Assembly (NCBI GenBank): GCA_963728915.1
Contig: CAVSLV010000004.1
Span: forward strand, 416,001 to 480,000
Source: an uncultured Gemmatimonadales bacterium
Lineage (GTDB): Bacteria > Gemmatimonadota > Gemmatimonadetes > Gemmatimonadales > GWC2-71-9
DNA length: 64,000 nt
Direction of reading: 5' to 3'
Part shown: positions 20,012 through 28,688 of the stretch, piece by piece
Layout: every line of letters begins with the position of its first letter
Position numbering within the stretch: the stretch's first letter is position 1
Program-made: the position numbers and the translations under genes
The notes under the pieces: model-generated
What the model was told of the DNA's origin: nothing
Seen by the model: the letters and a program-made list of their open reading frames with translations, nothing else
The model's database searches: none

Positions 20012-22087
20012 ATGTCGCATCGAAAGGTTCCGTTCCCACGCCTGGCGAGCTGCCTGATTCTCCTCGCCGTCCCAGGCGTCGCCGCGGCGCAAAGCTGGAA
20101 TGACGCCGAGGTGGCCCAGCTGATCCGCCGGGCCATCCTGGTACGCGAGGTATCCTCCCCCGATTCGGGACTGGTTTCCTATCAAAGCCACGCCCACGGG
20201 TTCGTGTTCTACCTGGTGCAGACCGGGCCAGGATTCCCCGACCCGCCCCGGGTCGCCAAGGCCGACGAGCTCGAGGTCCAAGTCTATTGGCACGCGCCCG
20301 ACCTCGGCAAGCAGCGTATCGTGGCCTGGCGGAGCCAGCCCTACCTCCCGATCGAAGTCAACTATCATCGCGATCACCTCGGGATCGTCACCAACAACTT
20401 CGGGCCCCGCATCCGGATCGGCGAGGGAGACGAGGTCCGCGACGCGGTGCACCCCCTCTCGATCGAGGGACTGAGCGACTATGACTATTCGATTTCCGAC
20501 ACCCTGACCATCCGCACCGGGGCGGCCGGGCCGCTCAGCGTCCTCGCGGTCCAGGTCCGTCCCCGCAACAGAGCGCGGCCCCTGGTGGTGGGGACCATGT
20601 ATCTCGAACGGAGCAGCGCCGCGCTGGTCCGGTTCGAGTTCAGCTTTACCCCGGCCGCCTATCTCCAGCCCGAGATCGAGGACATCAGTGTCCTGCTCGA
20701 GCAATCGCTCTTCGACGGCAAATGGTGGCTGCCCTACGCCCAGCGGATCGAGATCCGGCGCCGGCCCGCCCTGTTCGACTACCCCATCCGCACCATCATC
20801 CGGAGCCGCTGGGAAATCAGCGACTACGACTTCGACGCCGGGTTCCCCGATTATCTGCGCGCCGCGCCCGAGTTCGGTGGGATGGTGACCCCGGCGCGGG
20901 ATACCGGACAATGGGACTCCCCGCTCCGCGCCGCGGCGGAAGCCGCCGAGCCCTTCGACCGCAAGGATTTCGACGACCTCAAGACCCAGGCCCGGTCCCT
21001 CATGGGGCTCCAGGTCCTGGAAGGGCTGCCCCGGGGCCGGCTGGGGACCCCGGCCCTGTCCGAGCTCGCGCGGGTTAACCGGGTTCAGGGCCTCGCCGTG
21101 GGGTTCGCGCTCGGCATGCAGTTCGACGGCGGCTGGGACGGCCGCGGCTCGATCGGCTACGGCCTCTCCGATCACCGGGTCACCGCCAGCCTCGGCGGAG
21201 GGCTGACCCGGGGACAGAACTCGTGGAGCCTCGAGGCCCGCCGCACCATTCGCGACATCGGAGACGAGCCGGTGGTGAGCGGGGTGGTGAACTCGTTTCT
21301 GGCGCAGGAGTCGGGCATCGACCTCGGCAGCTACCTGCTGGGCGAAGAGATCGGCGCGGGCTACCGGCGCAAGCTCGCGCCCCGATGGACCTTCGATCTG
21401 GCCGGGCGGTTCGAGCGGACCAGCTCGGTCGAAACCACGGCGCACCCGATCCGCCGGGAGTACCAGCCTAACCCGGAGCTCGGGAGCGGCTCCTACTGGC
21501 TCAGCCGGGCCAACCTGACCCTGGCGAGCCGGGGATCGCTCGACCGCTCCGATCTGAAAGCCGTCATCGGAGTCGAAGGCGGGGTCGGGGAGAGCCAGTA
21601 CCTGCGGCTGACTTTCCGGTCCGATGGCAGCGTCCCCCTGGGATCGGGGCTGGGCCACCTGCGGCTCCGCACCCTGGCCGGGGTCGCGACCTCCGGTCTT
21701 CCCCGGGCGAGGAGCTTCACCATTGGAGGCCGCGGAACGCTGCCTTCGGAACGGTTCCGGGGGTACGGCGGCCGCCGGGTGGCGACCATGCTGCTGGAGT
21801 GGCGGATTCCATTCCCGGTGCCCACCATCGGGCTTGGCCCCTTCGCCAATACCGGGAACCGGGCCATCATTGCCCCCCTGTTCGGAGTGGGCTGGGCCGG
21901 CGGCGCCATCGACAGCCTTCCCTGGGGAAGCAGCAACGGCGCGCGGCCGGTGGCCGGCATTGCGGCAGAGCTGTTACAGGGACTCCTGCGGTTCGAGCTG
22001 GCGCGTCCCCTCCGGAATGTGGCGGGTGAAGGAGCCAAGCTCCGACTGACGGTGGATATCAGTCCCGAGTGGTGGCCGATTCTGTAG
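20012..22087 (+). CDS. secreted protein with C-terminal outer-membrane beta-barrel
   Basis: Signal peptide (LILLAVPGVAAA-Q), RVNRVQGLAVG and alternating beta-strand pattern, aromatic C-terminus. Confidence 0.65.
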   Translation: MSHRKVPFPRLASCLILLAVPGVAAAQSWNDAEVAQLIRRAILVREVSSPDSGLVSYQSHAHGFVFYLVQTGPGFPDPPRVAKADELEVQVYWHAPDLGKQRIVAWRSQPYLPIEVNYHRDHLGIVTNNFGPRIRIGEGDEVRDAVHPLSIEGLSDYDYSISDTLTIRTGAAGPLSVLAVQVRPRNRARPLVVGTMYLERSSAALVRFEFSFTPAAYLQPEIEDISVLLEQSLFDGKWWLPYAQRIEIRRRPALFDYPIRTIIRSRWEISDYDFDAGFPDYLRAAPEFGGMVTPARDTGQWDSPLRAAAEAAEPFDRKDFDDLKTQARSLMGLQVLEGLPRGRLGTPALSELARVNRVQGLAVGFALGMQFDGGWDGRGSIGYGLSDHRVTASLGGGLTRGQNSWSLEARRTIRDIGDEPVVSGVVNSFLAQESGIDLGSYLLGEEIGAGYRRKLAPRWTFDLAGRFERTSSVETTAHPIRREYQPNPELGSGSYWLSRANLTLASRGSLDRSDLKAVIGVEGGVGESQYLRLTFRSDGSVPLGSGLGHLRLRTLAGVATSGLPRARSFTIGGRGTLPSERFRGYGGRRVATMLLEWRIPFPVPTIGLGPFANTGNRAIIAPLFGVGWAGGAIDSLPWGSSNGARPVAGIAAELLQGLLRFELARPLRNVAGEGAKLRLTVDISPEWWPIL

Positions 22088-22134
22088 GCGGACGGGCGGA
22101 CAGGCGGACAGGCGGACCGGCGGACCGGCGGACC
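22087..22134. repeat. left arm: 6 x GGCGGACN
   Basis: GGCGGACG, GGCGGACA x2, GGCGGACC x3, starting in the upstream TAG. Confidence 0.95.
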
Positions 22135-22205
22135 GTGCGCCAAAGTGAGACATCACGGATAGAAAGGGTTATGTCCACCGCAATCCCCAATCCCATGCTT
22201 CGAGC

Positions 22206-22568
22206 ATGCAGCCCTATGAGCGGTTCAAGGCTTGGCACGCGTGTCATGCGTTGGCCATTACTACCTATCGGATCACTCTGGGTTGGCCGGATCAGGAGCG
22301 GTTCGGGCTGGTCACTCAAGCACGGCGTGCGGCATTCTCCGCAGGATTGAACATCGTTGAAGGCTCGGCACGACGGGGTCCCCGTGAATTCCGGCGCTTT
22401 CTCGATATTTCGATCGGTTCCCTGGCCGAGTTGGGATACGTGTTTCGAATCGCGGCGGACACCGGTATTCTCGCGGGGACGGATTACGAGGCCCTGAGCC
22501 AAGCTCGCGATCAGGCGGCGAGGCTAACCTGGGGACTTTACGCGAAGGTCCGAAAAGCCGCTTCATAG
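22206..22568 (+). CDS. four helix bundle protein (23S rRNA IVP / bAvd-like family)
   Basis: YERFKAW, P.QERFGLVTQARRAAFS...NIVEG...EFRRFLDISIGSLAEL. Confidence 0.92.
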   Translation: MQPYERFKAWHACHALAITTYRITLGWPDQERFGLVTQARRAAFSAGLNIVEGSARRGPREFRRFLDISIGSLAELGYVFRIAADTGILAGTDYEALSQARDQAARLTWGLYAKVRKAAS

Positions 22569-22573
22569 AAAAC

Positions 22574-22652
22574 TGTCCGCCTGTCGACCGTCCGCCTTTC
22601 CGCCCGTCCGCCTGTCCGCCTGTCCGCCTGTCCGCCTGTCCGCCTGTCCGCC
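22574..22652. repeat. right arm: about 10 x NGTCCGCC (reverse complement of left arm)
   Basis: TGTCCGCC tandem units, one degenerate. Confidence 0.95.
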
Positions 22653-22671
22653 CAATTAGCTTTCTCCCGAG

Positions 22672-24960
22672 ATGGCCTTCTCCGACGAATGGTTGCTGGC
22701 GACTGCCTCCTCCCTGTTGCCGGAGGGGCCGCTCATCGCGCTTCGGCGCGATACCGGCGATCGCGGTTCTCTCTGGGAGGCGATGGTGGAGCGCCGTCTG
22801 CTCCCCGATGATCGCATTCTCGATGCGGTCGCCTCCCGCTTCCGGATCCCGATCGCCGACCTGACCCGGATGGACCCCCGGGTAGTGGAAACCGTCCCGG
22901 AGCAGGTGGCCCGCAAATACCAGGTTCTTCCTCTCCGGACCACCGATTCGTTTCTCGAGGTGGCGACGGCGAATCCCTTCGACATCGACGCGGAGAAGAT
23001 GCTGGCCTTCGCGACCGGGCGCGAAGTCCGGATGGTGCTGCTCTCCCCCTCGAAGATCCGGGAGAAGCTCGACGAGATCTACCGTCCCGACGACGTGGTT
23101 TCCAAGCTGCTCGATGGGATCGCGGAAGACGCCGAAGTCACCCAGATCGTCGACGACCCCGACGAGTATCGGGCCAGTGCGGAAGAGGCCCAGGCCCGTC
23201 CCATCATCAAGCTGGTGGACACGCTGATCGCCGACGGGATCACCTCCCGGGCCAGCGACATTCACATCGAGCCCGCCGAGGGCGGAGTCGTGGTGCGCTA
23301 CCGGATCGACGGCGTGTTACGACAGGTGATGCGGATCCCCCGTTCGGCCGGCATTCCCCTGATCTCCCGGATCAAGATCATGTCGGGGATGGACATCGCC
23401 GACCGGCTCCGGCCCCAGGACGGCCGCTGCCGGGTCGCGGTCAACGGCAACCCGGTGGACCTGCGGGTTTCCACCCTGCCGGCCTCCCTGGGCGAGAAGG
23501 CCGTCATCCGGATCCTGAACACCAAGGCCACCGTGCTCACGCTCGAGGCCCTGGGGTTCCTGGAAGAGGAGCGCCGCACCTTCACCGAGCTGCTGGCCAA
23601 CAAGGAAGGCATCCTCCTGGTGACCGGGCCGACCGGGTCCGGCAAGACCACGACCCTGTACGCGGCCCTGCGTCAGGTCCAGGGCGAAGGGGTGAACATC
23701 GTCACGGTGGAGGACCCGGTCGAGTACCGGCTGGGCTCCAACATCGTGCAGGTGCAGGTCCACGAAAAGGCCGGACTGACCTTCGCGACCGCGCTCCGGT
23801 CCATTCTGCGACAGGACCCCGATGTCGTGCTGGTCGGCGAAATCCGCGACATGGAAACCGCCCAGATCGCCATCCAGGCCTCTCTCACCGGACACCTGGT
23901 GCTCTCGACCCTCCACACCAACGACGCCCCCAACACGATCACCCGTCTGGTCGACATGGGGATGGAGGCGTACAAGGTCGGGTCGGCCCTGCGGGGGGTC
24001 GTGGCTCAGCGGCTGCTCCGGCGCCTGTGTCCTCACTGCAAGACCAGGCAAACCGATCCGATCCCCGAACGGGTCAAGAAGTTCCTCCCGCTGGGAGTGC
24101 AGGAACGGCTCTTCCAGCCGGTCGGGTGCGGCGAGTGCGCGATGACCGGCTATCGGGGCCGCTTCGCCATTCTCGAGATTCTGGTGATGACCCAGGAGCT
24201 CGAACGGCTGATCTCCCGGGGCACGACCGCCGATCAGATCGCCTCGACCGCCCGCGCCGACGGCATGAAGGGCCTGTTCGAGAGCGGGCTCCGCCATGTG
24301 GTGAGCGGAGAAACGTCGATCGAGGAGCTGCTCCGGGTGACCGAGCCGCCTCGCGAGGATGATCTGAAGCGGGAGGATGGAGGAAGCGGAGACCGGCGGC
24401 AGGCGACCCGGGGCGGGCCGGCGCGGGTTACGGACGGTGGCGGCGGGGCGCCCGCCATTCATGTGACGGTTGCCGCTCCCACCCCCGCCCCGGCCGAGAC
24501 CCGCCCCGCCTCGGTGCTGGAGTTCTCCCCCGCCTTCGAGCTGCTCGACGACCTGCCGCCGGTCCGGACCGAGGTCACCCGGAAGGGCGCGCTGGTGCTG
24601 CTGGTGGACGACGAAGACCAGCTTCGCCGGGTTATGCGCGACCTGCTGGAGCGGCAGGGCTACACCGTGGTGGAAGCCCGGGACGGCGCCGAGGCGCTGG
24701 ACGAAGTGGATCGCCACGGGCCCGACATCGTGATCCTCGATCTCAACCTGCCGGGAGTGGACGGGTACTCGGTGCTGTCGCAGCTCCGTTCCCGCCAATC
24801 CACCCGCCAGCTCCCCATCATCGTGCTGACCGCCAAGGGCGACGAGGACAACGAAGTCCGGGTCCTCGAGCTCGGCGCCGACGATTTCCTCACCAAGCCG
24901 TTCCGGGCCAAGGCGCTCGCGGCCCGGCTCGAGAACGTGCTCAACAGGAGAGGGCAGTAG
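22672..24960 (+). CDS. PilB/GspE-type secretion/pilus ATPase fused to C-terminal receiver (REC) domain
   Basis: ASDIHIEP, RPQDGR, GPTGSGKTTT, LRQDPDVVLVGEIRD, CPHC/CGEC; then LLVDDE...ILDLNLP...LTA...DFLTKPF. Confidence 0.9.
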   Translation: MAFSDEWLLATASSLLPEGPLIALRRDTGDRGSLWEAMVERRLLPDDRILDAVASRFRIPIADLTRMDPRVVETVPEQVARKYQVLPLRTTDSFLEVATANPFDIDAEKMLAFATGREVRMVLLSPSKIREKLDEIYRPDDVVSKLLDGIAEDAEVTQIVDDPDEYRASAEEAQARPIIKLVDTLIADGITSRASDIHIEPAEGGVVVRYRIDGVLRQVMRIPRSAGIPLISRIKIMSGMDIADRLRPQDGRCRVAVNGNPVDLRVSTLPASLGEKAVIRILNTKATVLTLEALGFLEEERRTFTELLANKEGILLVTGPTGSGKTTTLYAALRQVQGEGVNIVTVEDPVEYRLGSNIVQVQVHEKAGLTFATALRSILRQDPDVVLVGEIRDMETAQIAIQASLTGHLVLSTLHTNDAPNTITRLVDMGMEAYKVGSALRGVVAQRLLRRLCPHCKTRQTDPIPERVKKFLPLGVQERLFQPVGCGECAMTGYRGRFAILEILVMTQELERLISRGTTADQIASTARADGMKGLFESGLRHVVSGETSIEELLRVTEPPREDDLKREDGGSGDRRQATRGGPARVTDGGGGAPAIHVTVAAPTPAPAETRPASVLEFSPAFELLDDLPPVRTEVTRKGALVLLVDDEDQLRRVMRDLLERQGYTVVEARDGAEALDEVDRHGPDIVILDLNLPGVDGYSVLSQLRSRQSTRQLPIIVLTAKGDEDNEVRVLELGADDFLTKPFRAKALAARLENVLNRRGQ

Positions 24961-25185
24961 GTCGGGGGGTCGGGGAGGTCGGGGAGGTCGGGGAGGTCGG
25001 GGAGGTCGGGGAGGTCAGGGAGGTCGGGGAGGTCGGGAGGTCATACCGACCCACTGACCTCTCCGACCCTCCGACCTCGACCCTCCGACCCCTCCGACCC
25101 CTCCGACCCTCCGACCCCTCCGACCCTCCGACCCTCCGACCCTCCGACCCTCCGACCACTCCGACCTCGACCCTCCGACCTCTCC
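24960..25185. repeat. large inverted tandem array (GGTCGGGGA)n / (CCGACCC(C)T)n, gene-less hairpin
   Basis: About 9 G-rich units 24960-25042 and about 16 C-rich units to 25185, between convergent stops. Confidence 0.92.
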
Positions 25186-25186
25186 G

Positions 25187-25867
25187 TCAGAACCGATACG
25201 CCAGCCCGAACGAAATCACCGGATACAGCGGAACCTTGTGGACGTCGTCCTGGATACTGGCGATCTCGGCGTCGAGATCGGACTGGAGCTGCGGATTGTT
25301 CGCGGCGCCGGTGGCGCTCAAGCTCACCTTCCCGCGCCCAAGCACCGCACCCAGATCGAACACGAACTTGAGAGCGCCATGCTGCGCCGCCGGGGTGCCG
25401 AACCCGATCCCGAGGTAGGGACCAAGGCCCGGCCACTTGACCCGCCCCGTCATGGTGCCGACCTCGGAGGATTGGTAGGTATGGCTGTTGATCTCGAAGG
25501 TGCCGCCCTCGTTGGGGACGCCGGTGCCCCTGAGATCGACAGGGTTGGTGGCGAACCCGGCGCTCAGATGGAAGGCCCCGCGCGAGGCCGGGAAGAAATC
25601 CGCCAGCAGCGTCACCGCGGTCAGCTTGAGCCGGGCGTCGAAGGCGATGTCGCTCTCAGTGCGGCTGTCGCTGATCTTGAAGTAGTTGAACCCGCCTCGC
25701 ACGGCCAGATGGTTCATCACGAGCTTGGCGGCTTCCAGGCCGAAGCCCAGCGTGCTCACCCGGAGACCGACCGAGACATCAGCGCCGTGCTGAGCCAGAA
25801 GCGGGGCTCGGGCAAGGGTGGACAAGGCCACGCACAACGCGACCGCGGTTCCACGAGGGGCACGCAT
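25187..25867 (-). CDS. outer-membrane beta-barrel protein
   Basis: Signal peptide, STLGFGLE, PYLGIGFG, terminal YPVISFGLAYRF. Confidence 0.75.
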   Translation of the reverse strand: MRAPRGTAVALCVALSTLARAPLLAQHGADVSVGLRVSTLGFGLEAAKLVMNHLAVRGGFNYFKISDSRTESDIAFDARLKLTAVTLLADFFPASRGAFHLSAGFATNPVDLRGTGVPNEGGTFEINSHTYQSSEVGTMTGRVKWPGLGPYLGIGFGTPAAQHGALKFVFDLGAVLGRGKVSLSATGAANNPQLQSDLDAEIASIQDDVHKVPLYPVISFGLAYRF

Positions 25868-26004
25868 GGACGCCTCTGTTTGCGGGAAGGCGGAAAGCTA
25901 ACACGGAGCGGTCGGAGGCGGAGTCGGGGAGGACGGGGCGGTGAGGAGGAGCGGCGGAGGACGGTCGGGGAGCGGGGTTGCCCGAGCGGCGTCATATTCT
26001 GAGC

Positions 26005-26555
26005 ATGAATGCCCCGACCCCTCCGACCCCCCGACCCCTCCGACCCCTCCGACCCCCCCGACCCCTCCGTCGGCCAGTCCGCCGGTCCGCCTGTCCGTCT
26101 GCTATGTCGACGTCCTGGTCTTCCGGGGCCAGGGCGATTCGCTCAACGTGCTGTGTCTCCGAAGAAGCGGGAAAGGGCGCTCGCCCGGTTCCTGGGAGGC
26201 GGTGCATGCGCACATCGAGCCGGGCGAGACCCCGGTGCAAACGGCGCTTCGGGAGGTCACCGAGGAGACCGGACTTCGCGTCGAGCGTCTCTACAACCTG
26301 AGCCGGGTGGAGTCGTTCTACCGGCACAGCACGAACGAGGTGGTCCTGGTGCCGGTGTTTGTCGCGTTCGTGCCCGCCGAGGGTGAAGTGCGGATCAGTG
26401 ATGAGCACGATCGCTCCGAGTGGCTTCGGCCCGAGGCGGCGCGGATCCGGGTGAGCTGGCCCCGGATCCGGCGCGAGATCAATCATGCATTGCGGTTGGT
26501 CGGACTGGGGAACGCGGGGCCGCTGGAGGATGTGCTTCGGGTAAAGGCTGGCTAG
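26005..26555 (+). CDS. NUDIX hydrolase (NudB-like); ATG is out of frame by 1 nt inside a tandem repeat
   Basis: Nudix box HIEPGETPVQTALREVTEETGL; ATG 26005 joins the frame if unit 26023-26030 has 9 nt. Confidence 0.75.
26014..26099. repeat. CCGACCCC(T) x6 followed by GTCCGCC units at the NUDIX 5' end; degenerate G-rich partner arm at about 25905-25977
   Basis: Direct reading. Confidence 0.85.
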
Positions 26556-26797
26556 GGCTTGAACCGGAGCAACCCGACGATCAATCCTCCCAAGGGAACC
26601 AGCGTGCCAATCCAGAACAGGAACATCCACTTCACCAGATTCGCTCGCTGATTGGCGATCTCGACCCGGATCTCGGTCCGAACATCTCCCAGTCTCCTCT
26701 CGGACCGCGATTCGAGCTCGGCCAGACGCTTTTCCAGATGTGCTTCAAAGCGCTGGAAGTAGAGGTCGGCCACCTCCCGCACCGCGGTCCGACTCAA
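26552..26797 (-). CDS. small coiled-coil + C-terminal TM protein (DUF1640/CCDC90-like)
   Basis: LAELESRSERRLGDVRTEIRVEIANQRANLVKWMFLFWIG; RBS AGAGGGGG before TTG. Confidence 0.65.
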   Translation of the reverse strand: MSRTAVREVADLYFQRFEAHLEKRLAELESRSERRLGDVRTEIRVEIANQRANLVKWMFLFWIGTLVPLGGLIVGLLRFKP

Positions 26798-26865
26798 AAC
26801 AGCCCCCTCTTCTGGTGGAGTCTCTGAAGCAGTCTCGCGGTCACCGGCACGAAAAGCGCGTCCGC

Positions 26866-27234
26866 TTATCCGCCTATCCGTTGCTCCCCTTGTCCGCCAG
26901 GCCAGACCGCCTGCGCGGCGCCCACCAGCACGACACCCACCACCGCCCCAACCATCCCCGCCACGAAATCCGCCACCTCGGCGCTCCGGTACCGGATGAG
27001 TCCCTGCACCAGCTCCACTCCACCCGCGAAGGCGGCCGAAACCACCAACACCTGAAGGACCGGTGGCCAGCGATTGATCCGGTAGAGCACCGCGAACCCC
27101 AGGAACAGCACGACGTGGACCATCTTGTCGAACTGCCTGGGCGCGTGAAACGGCATCTCGGGAATCGGATAGAAGAAGAGCACCAGCATGCCGAGGAAAT
27201 AGATCCGGAACACCCAGCGGCGGAGGGAAGGCAT
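26866..27234 (-). CDS. VanZ family membrane protein
   Basis: DKMVHVVLF, ELVQGLIRYRSAEVADFVA. Confidence 0.8.
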   Translation of the reverse strand: MPSLRRWVFRIYFLGMLVLFFYPIPEMPFHAPRQFDKMVHVVLFLGFAVLYRINRWPPVLQVLVVSAAFAGGVELVQGLIRYRSAEVADFVAGMVGAVVGVVLVGAAQAVWPGGQGEQRIGG

Positions 27235-27254
27235 TATCGAAGATATATATAGGA

Positions 27255-27330
27255 GAGGCCAGAGAGTCGGAGGGTCAGGGTGGTCGGAGGGCCGGTCCCC
27301 CCGACCCCCCGACCCCCACTCTCCTACCCC
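27255..27330. repeat. short degenerate GGTCGGAG / CCGACCCC hairpin
   Basis: gtcggagggtcagggtggtcggaggg ... ccgaccccccgaccccc. Confidence 0.7.
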
Positions 27331-27370
27331 CGGTGACGGTCATGTGACGTTCTCACCGTACCGTCCGACG

Positions 27371-28548
27371 ATGCCCCCGAGAATCCTGCTCTCTCCCCCG
27401 ATCTCTCGGGGGATGAGATGAAACTGGTCCAGGAAGCCCTCCTCTCCGGCTGGGTGGCGCCGCTTGGCCCCATGGTCTTCGCCTTCGAACGGGAGTTCGC
27501 CGAGGCGGTGGGGGCGAAACATGCAGTCGCGCTCTCATCCGGCACCGCAGCACTCCACCTGGCCCTCATCGATGCCGGCGTCGGGCCGGGGGATGAAGTC
27601 GCCACCTCCTCGCTGACCTTTGCCGCGACCGCCTTCGCCATTCGCTACGTCGGCGCGACCCCGGTGTTCATCGACAGCGAGTTCCGCTCCTGGAACATGC
27701 ACCCCGGATTCCTGTCCGACTGGCTGGACGATCGCGGCTACAAGAACCGGCTCCCCAAAGCGGTCATCCCGGTCCACCTCTATGGCCAGACCGCCGATCG
27801 CGATCCGATCCTCGCCGCCTGCGCGAAATGGGGCGTCACCCTCATCGAGGATGCCGCGGAGGCTCTGGGCTCCACCTACCACGGCCACGCGCCGGGAAAG
27901 GGGGCGCGCTGCTCGGCGTGGTCGTTCAACGGCAACAAGATGATCACCACCTCGGGCGGCGGCATGCTGACCACCGATGATCCCAACGTCGAAGCCCACG
28001 TGCGGAAGCTCGCCACCCAGGCGCGCGAGCCAGCGGTGCACTACGAGCACACCGAGATCGGCTACAACTACCGGCTCTCCAACATCTCGGCGGCGATCGG
28101 GCTGGCCCAGCTCCGGACCCTGGACCAGAGGGTCCGTACCCGCCGGGCCCATTTCGAGGCATACGTCAAAGGTCTCGCGGACATCCCGGCGCTTTCGTTC
28201 CAGGAAGAGATGGCCTGGGGCACTCACTCCCGGTGGCTCACCTGCTGCCTGGTCAATCCCGAATTCGGGATCGACCGGCAGGCTGTTCTGGAAACCCTGG
28301 ACGAGGCTGGCATCGAGGCCAGACCGGTATGGAAGCCGATGCACGAACAGCCGGTTTTCGATTCCTGCACCGTGATCGGCGGCATGGTAAGCTCGACCCT
28401 CTTCAAGCACGGGATCTGCCTCCCTTCGGGTTCCGGCATGAGCGCGACCGCGCGACAGGCGGTGATCTCGGCGATCCGAAAGGCATTTTCATCGGGAGAA
28501 AAGCGGCGCCGCCATACCCTCCGAAATCAGGCCGAATCTGCCCGCTGA
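27371..28548 (+). CDS. DegT/DnrJ/EryC1/StrS sugar aminotransferase (PglE/EpsN-like); 1-nt frameshift near 5' end
   Basis: MPPRILLSPP|DLSGDEMK joined across the C5 run 27395-27399; SSGTAALHL, EDAAEALG, SFNGNKMITTSGGG. Confidence 0.88.
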
Positions 28549-28688
28549 CTGCTGCATCCGCGCTGCAATCGTGCCCGGTGACGCCGGTGTAACGTCCGCC
28601 CCCTAGAATCGCGGCCTATGTTGTTCTCAACCCAGGGCGTCCCACCCGCATCCCCGGTGCGGGTGCGGGCGGTCTTCGCGTCGATACC

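Noticed and set aside
24960..25185. Possible CRISPR array in the repeat tracts (also 19256, 22574, 59412)
   Set aside because: Units are 8-9 nt, contiguous, with no unique spacers and no cas genes
27395..27399. Programmed frameshift or phase variation in the aminotransferase 5' end
   Set aside because: A C5 run is short; a one-base homopolymer deletion in the assembly is the simpler explanation
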